From NCBI GenBank assembly GCA_009694025.1, contig SHVZ01000007.1, positions 5,872-69,871 on the forward strand: DNA of 64,000 nt, written 5' to 3'. This DNA comes from Alphaproteobacteria bacterium (GTDB lineage Bacteria; Pseudomonadota; Alphaproteobacteria; SHVZ01). Positions 18,256-27,045 of this stretch are shown here, one piece after another (position 1 is the first letter of the stretch; each line of letters starts with the position of its first letter). A program made the position numbers and the translations under genes. The notes under the pieces are model-generated. The model did not search any database, had not been told where the DNA came from, and worked only from the letters and a program-made list of their open reading frames with translations.

Positions 18256-19247
18256 GTGCCGGCCTCCCCGGCGAGGACGCGCAACTCCTCAGCTTCCGAC
18301 GTCCGCCGGCACGCCGCAAGGCTGCCGCTGGCGACATCGACCAAAGGCGGCCGCGCTGTTCGGCATTCCGGCTCGACGAAGGGGCAGCGGTCGGCGAAAG
18401 AGCAGCCTTCCGGCGGGGCGATCAGGTCCGGCGGGCTGCCTTCGATCGGTACCAGCGTGCCGCCGCCGCCATGGAGCTCGGGGAAGGCCTTGCAGAGGCC
18501 CATGGTATAGGGATGGAACGGCCGGCCCAGCACCTCGGCCGTCGCCCCGGACTCGATCACCTCGCCCGCGTACATCACCACCACGCGGTCGCTGGCATAG
18601 GCGACGACGCTGATGTCGTGGGTGATCAGGATCACCGAGAGGCCGAGCCGTCCTTGCAGCTCCTTGAAGGTGTCGAGCACCTGGCGCTGGATGATCACGT
18701 CGAGGGCGGTCACCGGCTCGTCGGCGATCACCAGCCGCGGCTCCAGCGCCAGGGCGAGTGCGATCGCCGCGCGCTGACGCATGCCGCCGCTGTACTGGTG
18801 CGGGAAGTCGCGGAGACGGCCGGGGTCGAGCCCGACCATGTCGAACAGCTCGGCCGCCCGGCGGCGGGCGGCACGCTTGTCCATGCCGCCGCGCTCGACC
18901 AGGACCTCAGCCATCTGCGTGCCGACGCGGTAGACCGGATCGAGCGAGTTCATGGCGCTCTGCGGGATGAAGGCGATGTCGCGCCATCGCCGCGACGCCA
19001 TCTCGCGTGGGCTCAGGCCCAGCAGGTCGACGCCCTGGAACATCAGCCGGCCGCCGGCGATCCGCGCCGTCTTCGGCATCACCCCGATGATGGCACGGGC
19101 GAGCGTGGTCTTGCCGCAGCCGGACTCGCCGACGACGCCGACGACCTGCCCTTCCGGCACCTCGAAGCTGGCTCCGCGAACCGCCTGGGCGACGCCGCGA
19201 TCGGTCTTGTAGTAAACCTCGAGGTCCTGGACGGAGAGAACGGACAC
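18240..19247 (-). CDS. ABC transporter ATP-binding protein (DppD/OppD type)
   Basis: GTG start. GESGCGKTT, YSGGMRQR, VIADEPVTALD, HPYT. Confidence 0.9.
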   Translation of the reverse strand: MSVLSVQDLEVYYKTDRGVAQAVRGASFEVPEGQVVGVVGESGCGKTTLARAIIGVMPKTARIAGGRLMFQGVDLLGLSPREMASRRWRDIAFIPQSAMNSLDPVYRVGTQMAEVLVERGGMDKRAARRRAAELFDMVGLDPGRLRDFPHQYSGGMRQRAAIALALALEPRLVIADEPVTALDVIIQRQVLDTFKELQGRLGLSVILITHDISVVAYASDRVVVMYAGEVIESGATAEVLGRPFHPYTMGLCKAFPELHGGGGTLVPIEGSPPDLIAPPEGCSFADRCPFVEPECRTARPPLVDVASGSLAACRRTSEAEELRVLAGEAGTWLRS

Positions 19248-19253
19248 TAAGCC

Positions 19254-20165
19254 TCAGTCCCGGAGCCGCGGGAACAGAACCTCCTCGAAGCCGCGGCTGA
19301 CGAAAAAGCCGGCGACGACGACGAGGATGATGCAGACGCCCGGCGGCACGAACCAGTGATACCAGCCTCTGGACAGCGCCTGGGAGGCGTAGGCGTTCTG
19401 GAGCATCGAGCCCCAGGACACGGTGTCGCCACCACCGAAGCCTAAGAAGCTGACGCTGGCCTCGGTCAGGATCGCCCAGCCGACGGCGATCGAGCCATAG
19501 ACGAAGGACAACGGCAGCACGTTCGGCGCGATGTGCACGAACAGGATGCGGAACGGGCTCGACCCAGTCACCCGCGCCGCCTCGACGAAGGTGCGCTCGC
19601 GGAGGCTCAGCACCTGGCTGCGGATGACGCGGGAGGTCGACGGCCAGACCACCAGCGCCATGCCGATCACCACATTCCACATGCTGGGCTCAAGGAAGCT
19701 CGACAGCACGATGACGAAGGGAAGGAACGGGATGCCGAGAGCGACGTCGGCGATCCGCATCATCACCATGTCGACGAAGCCGCGGAAAAACCCCGCGACG
19801 AGGCCGACCAGGGTCCCGATCATCACCACCGCGAAGGCCGCGGTGATGCCGACGATGAGCGCGCTCCGCGCCCCGTAGACGAGCTGGGAATAGATGTCGC
19901 GGCCGAGGTTGGTGGTGCCGAGGATGTGCTGGGCGAAGGGCGGCAGGTTGGACGCGACGCGGCCGTTCGGCCGGTAGAGGATCTGGTTCGGGTCGTGGGT
20001 GGCGAGCTGGTCGGCGAAGATCGCGATCGTCAGGAAGACCGTGTAGATCAGAACCCCGGCGGTGGCGAAGGGATCCCGCCGGACCAGGGCGAAGGCGCGG
20101 CCGACAGCCGCAAACCGGCCTCGCCCCCCGCCGCGTACCGCGGACGGCTCAGCGGTGACCGGCAT
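19254..20165 (-). CDS. ABC transporter permease (DppC/OppC type)
   Basis: ATG 20165 overlaps the upstream permease by 17 nt. GTTNLGRDIYSQLVYGARSAL box. Confidence 0.9.
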   Translation of the reverse strand: MPVTAEPSAVRGGGRGRFAAVGRAFALVRRDPFATAGVLIYTVFLTIAIFADQLATHDPNQILYRPNGRVASNLPPFAQHILGTTNLGRDIYSQLVYGARSALIVGITAAFAVVMIGTLVGLVAGFFRGFVDMVMMRIADVALGIPFLPFVIVLSSFLEPSMWNVVIGMALVVWPSTSRVIRSQVLSLRERTFVEAARVTGSSPFRILFVHIAPNVLPLSFVYGSIAVGWAILTEASVSFLGFGGGDTVSWGSMLQNAYASQALSRGWYHWFVPPGVCIILVVVAGFFVSRGFEEVLFPRLRD

Positions 20166-21135
20166 GGGCGATCCTCGGATCGAGCAGGCTGTAAAGCAGA
20201 TCGGCGACGAAGTTCATGGTCACCAGCACGGTGGTGATCAGGAGGAAGGCGCCTTGGGCGAGCGGATAGTCGCTCGCCGCCACCGCGTCGACCAGCATGC
20301 GCCCGAGGCCGGGCCAGCTGAACACGGTCTCGACCACGACGTTGCCGCCGACCGACTGGCCGATGCCGAGCGCGAAAGCGGTCGCCACCGGCAGCAGCGC
20401 GTTACGGGCGGCGTGGCGGATCACAATCGCCCAGTTGGACAGGCCCTTCATGCGGGCCATGGTGACGAAGTCCTCCTGCATGACCTCCAGCATGTTGGTT
20501 CGCATCAGGAGGAGTGGCAGCCCCTGCAGATAGAGGGCCAGCGCCGTAGCCGGCAGGATCAGGTGGCGGAGGAAGTCCAACGAGAAGATCCGCGCCCATT
20601 CGCTGGAGAAAGACTGCCCGGCCGAGTTAGCGCCGCCGCCCGGGAACCAGCCGAGGCCGAAGCTGAAGATCGCCAGCAGAACCATGCCGAGCCAGAACTC
20701 GGGCGCCGCGCGCGTGACCAGCACGATCGGGATGCCGACGGCCTCGACCCGCGTCCCGCGCTTCCAGGCGAACATCGCCCCCATCAGCACGCCGAAGGTG
20801 TAGGCGACGATCAGCGAGCCGAGCGTGAGGGCGATGGTGTTGGCGAAGGCGGTCATCACCACCTCGCCGACCGGTCGCTTGTAGAAGAAGGACTCGCCGA
20901 GATTTCCCTGCAGCAGGTTGCCGATGAACAGCAGGTACTGGTCGAACAACGTCCGATCGAGGCCGAACTGGCGGCGGAGAGAGTCCTGCTGCTCGGGCGT
21001 GAAGGTCGGGCTGACGAAGGCAGCGAGCGGGCTTCCGGGCATCAGCCGGAAGATCAGGAACAGGATCGTCGCGACCGTCCACAGGACGAAGAGCGTGAGC
21101 ACCAGCCGGCTGACGAGTCGCGACGACCCTTGCAT
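20149..21135 (-). CDS. ABC transporter permease (DppB/OppB type)
   Basis: Track ORF extends to 21246. ATG 21135 (MQGSSRLVSRLVLTLF...) has GGGGTGA upstream. EAA-loop box EDFVTMARMKG. Confidence 0.88.
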   Translation of the reverse strand: MQGSSRLVSRLVLTLFVLWTVATILFLIFRLMPGSPLAAFVSPTFTPEQQDSLRRQFGLDRTLFDQYLLFIGNLLQGNLGESFFYKRPVGEVVMTAFANTIALTLGSLIVAYTFGVLMGAMFAWKRGTRVEAVGIPIVLVTRAAPEFWLGMVLLAIFSFGLGWFPGGGANSAGQSFSSEWARIFSLDFLRHLILPATALALYLQGLPLLLMRTNMLEVMQEDFVTMARMKGLSNWAIVIRHAARNALLPVATAFALGIGQSVGGNVVVETVFSWPGLGRMLVDAVAASDYPLAQGAFLLITTVLVTMNFVADLLYSLLDPRIAHAGHR

Positions 21136-21284
21136 GTCTATTTCACCCCTGCGCGGGCGCCACTCTGGGACAGACGGGCGCCGGCGGCAAGAGCGACCCG
21201 TCTCAATCTCCACAGGCACGCACGTCCTTGACGGCTCCGGCATCACTCCACATGATCCCGGCCGATCTCAGCGAAGGAATCCCC

Positions 21285-23444
21285 GTGGCCGAGCGGTCGT
21301 TCAAGAAGGAGGCCGAGAAGCTGCGTCTCGGCGACGGGGCGGAGTTCCATGGCGAAGGCATCCTCGCCGTCACCAAGGCACTGCTGCAGTCTGGGGTCGC
21401 CTACGTCGCCGGGTACCAGGGCGCCCCGATCTCGCATCTGATGGACGTGCTCACGGATTCGGCCGACATCCTCAGGGAACTCGGCGTCCATTTCGAGCAC
21501 TCGGCCTCGGAGGCGACCGCGGCCGCAACCCTCGCCGCCTCGATCAACTATCCGCTCCGCGGCGCCGTCACCTTCAAGTCGACGGTCGGCACCAACGTCG
21601 CCTCCGACGCGCTGGCCAACCTCGCTTCCGGCGGCGTCACCGGCGGCGCCCTGATCATCGTCGGCGAAGACTATGGCGAAGGCTCCAGCATCATGCAGGA
21701 GCGCTCGCACGCCTTCGCCATGAAATCGCAGATCTGGCTCTTGGACCCGCGGCCGAACCTGCCCTCGATCGTGGCCGCGGTCGAGAGCGGGTTCGAGCTG
21801 TCGGAGGCGAGCCGGACGCCGGTGATGCTCGAGCTCCGCATCCGCGCCTGCCATGTCCACGGCCGCTTCACCGCCCGCGACAACAAGCGTCCGAGCTTCA
21901 CCTTGAAGCAGGCGATGGAGAACCCGGTCAGGGATACCAGCCGCATCGTGCTGCCGCCCGCCTCCTACCTCCACGAGCGCGAGAAGATCGAGAAGCGCTG
22001 GCCGGCGGCGGTCGAGTTCATCAAGAGCCGCGGCCTCAACGAGTTCTTCTCCGACGGCAAGACGGATATCGGCATCATCCTGCAGGGCGGGATGTACAAC
22101 ACGGTGGCGCGCGCGCTCGAGCTGCTCGGCCTCGCCGACGCTTTCGGCGACAGCCGGATCCCGCTCTACGTCCTCAACGTCACCTATCCGCTGATCGACG
22201 ACGAGATCCGCCGTTTCTGCGCCGGCAAGCGCGCCGTCCTGATGGTCGAGGAAGGCCAGCCTGACTTCATCGAGCAGGCGCTCCACGCCATCCTCCGGAA
22301 GGCCGACCTGCAGACGCGCGTCCACGGCAAGGACGTCCTGCCGAAGGCCGGCGAGTACACGGGCGACGCCGTGCTCCGCGGCCTCAGGCGCTTCCTGGAA
22401 CAGGTGGCTCCCTCCCTGCTCCCGGTGGCGCTGCCGGCCGGCGCCGCCGAACCCGGCCAGCCGAAGGCGCCGGCGATCGCCGCCGCCGAGGCCGAGGTCC
22501 ATCCGCGCCCGCCGTCCTTCTGCACGGGCTGCCCGGAGCGGCCGATCTTCACGGCGATGAAGCTGGTCGAGCGCGAGCTCGGCCCCCATCACGTCAGCTG
22601 CGACATCGGCTGCCATCTGTTCTCGATCCTGCCGCCCTTCAACCTCGGCGCCTCGACCATGGGCTACGGGCTGGGATGGGCGGGCGCCGCCGCGCTCAAC
22701 GCCAAGGACTCGACCAGGCGCACCATCAGCGTCATGGGCGATGGCGGCTTCTGGCACAACGGGCTTGCCAGCGGCGTCGGCAACGCCGTGTTCAACCAGA
22801 CCGACAATGTCCTGATCATCGTCGACAACAACTACACCGCAGCGACCGGTGGCCAAGACATCATGTCCTCCAGCGGCGGCAACCCGCTGCGGAAGACCGG
22901 GAACTCGATCGAGAAAGCGGTCCGCGGCGTCGGCGTCACCTGGGTCAAGACGATCACCAACACCTACGGCATCGCCGCCATGCGCGACGTGCTGAAGGAG
23001 GCCCTGACCACGCCCGTCAAGGGTCCGAAGGTGGTGATCGCCCAGAGCGAGTGCATGCTGAACAAGCAGCGTCGCGTGCGCCCGCTGATGCACCGGCTCG
23101 CCAAGGAGGGCAAGCGCGTCGTCCGCGAGCGCTTCGGCGTCGACCACGACACCTGCACCGGCGACCACTCCTGCATCCGGCTTTCCGGCTGTCCCTCGCT
23201 CACCGTCAAGTCCAACCCGGATCCGCTACGGAAGGACCCGGTCGCGACCGTGCTCGATTCCTGCGTCGGCTGCGGCGTCTGCGGCGAGGTCGCGCACGCG
23301 GCCGTCCTCTGTCCCTCGTTCTACCGGGCGGACATCGTCACCAATCCGACGCGGTGGGAGCGCCTGGTCGCGGGAGTCCGCCGCCGGGTGATCGGCTTCC
23401 TCCAGGATCGGATCGAGCGTCGGCTAGGCGCGGCTTCGGCGTGA
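21285..23444 (+). CDS. iorA: indolepyruvate/arylpyruvate:ferredoxin oxidoreductase, alpha subunit
   Basis: Start uncertain: track TTG 21228 or ATG 21252 are alternatives. GTG 21285 is preferred because AAGGAA lies 6 nt upstream and the product then begins (M)AERSF as I recall for homologues. GYQGAPISHL, TPP box GDGGFWHNG, ferredoxin-type CVGCGVCGEVAHAAVLCPS. Confidence 0.82.
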   Translation: MAERSFKKEAEKLRLGDGAEFHGEGILAVTKALLQSGVAYVAGYQGAPISHLMDVLTDSADILRELGVHFEHSASEATAAATLAASINYPLRGAVTFKSTVGTNVASDALANLASGGVTGGALIIVGEDYGEGSSIMQERSHAFAMKSQIWLLDPRPNLPSIVAAVESGFELSEASRTPVMLELRIRACHVHGRFTARDNKRPSFTLKQAMENPVRDTSRIVLPPASYLHEREKIEKRWPAAVEFIKSRGLNEFFSDGKTDIGIILQGGMYNTVARALELLGLADAFGDSRIPLYVLNVTYPLIDDEIRRFCAGKRAVLMVEEGQPDFIEQALHAILRKADLQTRVHGKDVLPKAGEYTGDAVLRGLRRFLEQVAPSLLPVALPAGAAEPGQPKAPAIAAAEAEVHPRPPSFCTGCPERPIFTAMKLVERELGPHHVSCDIGCHLFSILPPFNLGASTMGYGLGWAGAAALNAKDSTRRTISVMGDGGFWHNGLASGVGNAVFNQTDNVLIIVDNNYTAATGGQDIMSSSGGNPLRKTGNSIEKAVRGVGVTWVKTITNTYGIAAMRDVLKEALTTPVKGPKVVIAQSECMLNKQRRVRPLMHRLAKEGKRVVRERFGVDHDTCTGDHSCIRLSGCPSLTVKSNPDPLRKDPVATVLDSCVGCGVCGEVAHAAVLCPSFYRADIVTNPTRWERLVAGVRRRVIGFLQDRIERRLGAASA

Positions 23445-23457
23445 TCGTTTATTGCTG

Positions 23458-24939
23458 ATGGACGCGAGTCCGCCGCCACCCAAGGCGATCTCCATCGCCA
23501 TCCTGGCGATGGGCGGCGAAGGTGGCGGCGTGCTCGCCGACTGGCTGATCGACATGGCCGAACGTGCCGGCAGCCATGTCCAGGCCACGTCCGTGCCCGG
23601 TGTCGCCCAGCGGACCGGCGCCACCATCTACTACGTCGAGATTTTTCCAGGAATCGCGGTCGTCGCCGGCAAACTGCCGGTTCTCGCGCTGATGCCGATG
23701 CCGGGCGACGTCGACGTCGTCATCGCCTCCGAGCTGATGGAGGCCGGACGCGCGGTGCAGCGCGGCCTGGTGACGCCGGCCCGCACCACGCTCATCGCCT
23801 CGACCCACCGGGTCTATTCGATGACCGAACGGACGGCGATGGCCGACGGGCGCGTCGACTCGGCGAAGCTGATCGACGGCGCCCGTGCCGCCGCCAAACA
23901 CCTGCTGGCCGCCGATTTCGCCGAAATCGCCGAGAAGAGCGGCAGCGTCATCAGCGCCGCCCTGTTCGGCGCGCTTTTCGCCTGCGGCCTGCTCCCGTTC
24001 CCGCGGTCGGACTTCGAGGGGGCAATCCGCCGGAGCGGTCTTGGCGTCGACGCAAGTCTCCGCGCCTTCGCCCGTGCCTATGACGTGGCATCCGCAGGCC
24101 AAGAAACGGCCGCCGCCGCCAACGATCAACCACCGGTACCGCCGCCGGCGAGTCTGCGGGCGGCGATCGCGACCTTCCCGTCAGCGTCCCGGGCGACGAT
24201 CGAGGCCGGATGCAGCCGGCTCGTGGACTTTCAGGACGTCGCCTACGCCCAGGCCTACTTGGATCGGCTGGAGCCGTTTCGCACCACCGGCGACGTCCGC
24301 TTGCTGACGGAGGTAGCGCGTCATCTCGCGCTCTGGATGAGCTACGAAGATATCGCCCGCGTCGCCGATCTCAAGATTCGCCGGAGCCGGTTTTCCCGCG
24401 TCGCCGAAGAGGTCCGCGCCGGCAACGACCAGATCCTCCGGATCAAGGAGTTCCTGCACCCACGCCTCTCGGAGATTGCCGATGCGCTCCCCGCCGGTAT
24501 CGGCCGGTGGCTGTTGCGATCCGCTTCAGCCGGTGCCGTGGTCCGGCGCTTCACCGCCAAGGGGCGCGTCGTCGAGACGACGTCGATTGGCGGGTTCCTG
24601 CTGCTCTATGCCGCCGCCGGCCTCCGCCGCATCCGCCGCCGCTCTCTCCGCTTTGCCGTCGAGCAGCAACGGATCGAGGCATGGCTCGGCGAGATCCACG
24701 GCGCCGCCGGCCGGAACGACGCGCTCGCCCTTGCCATCGCCGAGTGCCAGCAACTGGTCAAGGGCTACGGCGATACGCACGCCCGCGGGCTCGCCAACTA
24801 CGAGACGGTGATGGCGACGCTGCCGAGGCTTCAGGGAAGACCGGACGCCGCCGAGCGCCTGTCGAAGCTGCGCCAGGCGGCGCTGGCCGACGACAGCGGC
24901 GAGCGCCTCAAGGCGGCGACGCTCGAACTGGTGCCCTAA
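23458..24939 (+). CDS. iorB: indolepyruvate:ferredoxin oxidoreductase, beta subunit
   Basis: Track start TTG 23452; ATG 23458 preferred. N-terminal AILAMGGEGGGVLADW box of the oxidoreductase gamma-like domain. About 490 aa, as expected for IorB. Confidence 0.85.
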   Translation: MDASPPPPKAISIAILAMGGEGGGVLADWLIDMAERAGSHVQATSVPGVAQRTGATIYYVEIFPGIAVVAGKLPVLALMPMPGDVDVVIASELMEAGRAVQRGLVTPARTTLIASTHRVYSMTERTAMADGRVDSAKLIDGARAAAKHLLAADFAEIAEKSGSVISAALFGALFACGLLPFPRSDFEGAIRRSGLGVDASLRAFARAYDVASAGQETAAAANDQPPVPPPASLRAAIATFPSASRATIEAGCSRLVDFQDVAYAQAYLDRLEPFRTTGDVRLLTEVARHLALWMSYEDIARVADLKIRRSRFSRVAEEVRAGNDQILRIKEFLHPRLSEIADALPAGIGRWLLRSASAGAVVRRFTAKGRVVETTSIGGFLLLYAAAGLRRIRRRSLRFAVEQQRIEAWLGEIHGAAGRNDALALAIAECQQLVKGYGDTHARGLANYETVMATLPRLQGRPDAAERLSKLRQAALADDSGERLKAATLELVP

Positions 24940-25364
24940 CCCGCTTCGACCAGGGATTTGATCAGGAAGACCTCGAACTCGTGCGAGGCGGCGAGGCGCC
25001 GCCAGCGTTCGTCCGACATGCCGCGGGTCCGCCAGGCGATCAGCGTCAGCACGCAGGCGTCATCACCGAGCTCGAGGCGCTCGCCCGGCACCACGCGCGC
25101 CATGATCCGGGGGGTGAGCGCGTTTCGGTCCTTGCCCAGGTGGTAGTCGATCACGCCGCGCGCCTTGTCCGCGTCGATCCTGACCCAGGTGACGGATCCG
25201 TCGAAGATGGCGCTGCCCTCGGCTAGGCCGCCCTCGTGCAGAACCGTCTTCCAGGTACCGAAGGACCAGCGGTCGAGCTTGCCGGGATCGCTCATGAAGG
25301 CGAAGGCCCGGTCGGCCGGCACCGCCAGCTCGATCGAGACCGTGTGGGTCGCCGCGTCAGCCAC
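24936..25364 (-). CDS. SRPBCC (START/Bet v1-like) superfamily protein
   Basis: 142 aa. GTG start with SD AGGAGG that overlaps the hyuB stop. Composition and length fit SRPBCC/polyketide-cyclase-like ligand-binding proteins; the family call is by resemblance only. Confidence 0.7.
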   Translation of the reverse strand: MADAATHTVSIELAVPADRAFAFMSDPGKLDRWSFGTWKTVLHEGGLAEGSAIFDGSVTWVRIDADKARGVIDYHLGKDRNALTPRIMARVVPGERLELGDDACVLTLIAWRTRGMSDERWRRLAASHEFEVFLIKSLVEAG

Positions 25365-25374
25365 CGATCGCCTC

Positions 25375-27045
25375 CTAGCCCGAGAAGCCGTAGTCGCGCC
25401 GCGCGGCTGCCGGCGTCACCAGTCCGGCCGCGATGTCGGCCTCGATGCGCGCGCGCGACCGCTGACGGGGCTCGCCGAGGCCCCCGCCGCCCGGCAGCTC
25501 CACCACCAGCCGGTCGCCGGCTGGCACCGTATGCGTCGCCTTGGTCGCCAACGCCGGTCCGGAGGCGAGGCGCGCCGATCCGACGCGGCCGTCGGCGCCA
25601 CCGCTGCGGCCCCGCGGCGGGAAGCGCATGCGGTCGAAGGTCGCCGCTGAGATCGTAAACGGGGCCTCCTCGCCGTTGGCGATCTCGATTACCTGGCCGA
25701 GACCGCCGCGATGGGTGCCCGGACCACCGGAGTCGGGCAGGAACTCCTTCCGCCAGAACACCAGCGGGCTCTGGTCCTCGGTGATCTCGACCGGGATGGT
25801 GCCGACGCCGCTCGGAAACGCGGTGGTCGAGAGCCCGTCCTTGCCCGGCCGGGCGCCGACACCGCCGAGGCCGACGTTCATTACGTTGAAACGGGTGGAA
25901 TTGGCGAAGCGGGCCTCGCCGCCGCGTTCATGCGCGCTCGCCATCGCCAGGACCCAGATGCTGCCGGCGCTCTCGGCCGGAACCGCGTCGGGCAATGCGT
26001 GGGCGAGGCAGCCGAAGGCCACGTCCGGAAGCATCTGGCCGATCACATGGCGTGCCGTCACCGGCGAGGGGCGTTGCGGATCGACGATCGATCCGGGCTC
26101 GGCCAGGACGCGGAACGGCTCGAGCGATCCGGCGTTGTTCGGCACCGACGGCGCGATCGCGCATTTAAGCCCGAAGACAGTGTAGGCGTCGGTGTAGCAC
26201 TTGGGCGAGTTGATGCCGAAGCTCGAGGCCGGCGAGCTTCCGGCATAGTCGATGACGATCTCTCCGTTCCCGACCGTCATCCGCGCCTTCAGAAGGATCG
26301 GCGCGTCGTAGCCGTCGAGGTCCATCTCGGCCTGGTAGCTGCCCTCGGGCACGCGACGGATCGCCGCCCGCGTGGCTTCCCGCGAATTGTCGATGATGTA
26401 GGTGGCGAGCTCATCGATCGAGGCCAGGTCGAATTCGGCCATCATGCCGAGCAGCCGGGCGACGCCGACGTCGTTGCAGCTCACAAGCGAAAGGATGTCG
26501 CCGCGGACCTCGACCGGATTGCGGCTGTTGGCGCAGACGATGGCGAGTACGTCCTCGTTCAGCCCGGCGCTTGAGCGCAGGCGGAGGTGCGGGATCAGCG
26601 TGCCTTCCTCGAACACCGAGCGCGCGTCGGCCGAGAAGCCGATGCCGCCGACGTCGACCATGTGGCAGGTCGAGGCGAACAGCGCGATCGGCCGATCGCC
26701 GAGGAATGTGGGCGTGACGACGACGTAGTCGAACAGGTGCCCGGTGCCCATCCACGGGTCGTTGGTGATGTAGGCGTCGCCCGGCTTCATCGCAGCGACC
26801 GGGAAGTGCTTCATGAAGTGTCCGACCGCGGCCGCCATGCTGTTGACGTGCCCGGGCGTTCCCGTCACCGCCTGGGCCAGCATGCGCCCATCGACGTCGT
26901 AGACGCCGGCCGAGAGATCGCCGGCCTCGCGCGCGACATGGCCGAAGGCGGTGCGCAGCAAGGCCTGCGCCTGCTCCTCGACCACGGCGATCAACCGGTT
27001 CCACATGACCTGCATGCGGATGGACTTCAGCGAGTCAGAGGGCAT
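25375..27045 (-). CDS. hyuB: hydantoinase B / oxoprolinase family protein
   Basis: Track ORF extends to 27126. ATG 27045 gives MPSDSLKSIRMQVMWNRLIAVVEEQ, the usual HyuB N-terminus. 11-nt overlap with hyuA. Confidence 0.88.
   Translation of the reverse strand: MPSDSLKSIRMQVMWNRLIAVVEEQAQALLRTAFGHVAREAGDLSAGVYDVDGRMLAQAVTGTPGHVNSMAAAVGHFMKHFPVAAMKPGDAYITNDPWMGTGHLFDYVVVTPTFLGDRPIALFASTCHMVDVGGIGFSADARSVFEEGTLIPHLRLRSSAGLNEDVLAIVCANSRNPVEVRGDILSLVSCNDVGVARLLGMMAEFDLASIDELATYIIDNSREATRAAIRRVPEGSYQAEMDLDGYDAPILLKARMTVGNGEIVIDYAGSSPASSFGINSPKCYTDAYTVFGLKCAIAPSVPNNAGSLEPFRVLAEPGSIVDPQRPSPVTARHVIGQMLPDVAFGCLAHALPDAVPAESAGSIWVLAMASAHERGGEARFANSTRFNVMNVGLGGVGARPGKDGLSTTAFPSGVGTIPVEITEDQSPLVFWRKEFLPDSGGPGTHRGGLGQVIEIANGEEAPFTISAATFDRMRFPPRGRSGGADGRVGSARLASGPALATKATHTVPAGDRLVVELPGGGGLGEPRQRSRARIEADIAAGLVTPAAARRDYGFSG

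Noticed and set aside
21243-23168. 641-aa minus-strand ORF antisense to iorA
   Set aside because: Shadow ORF. The plus strand carries TPP and 4Fe-4S motifs.
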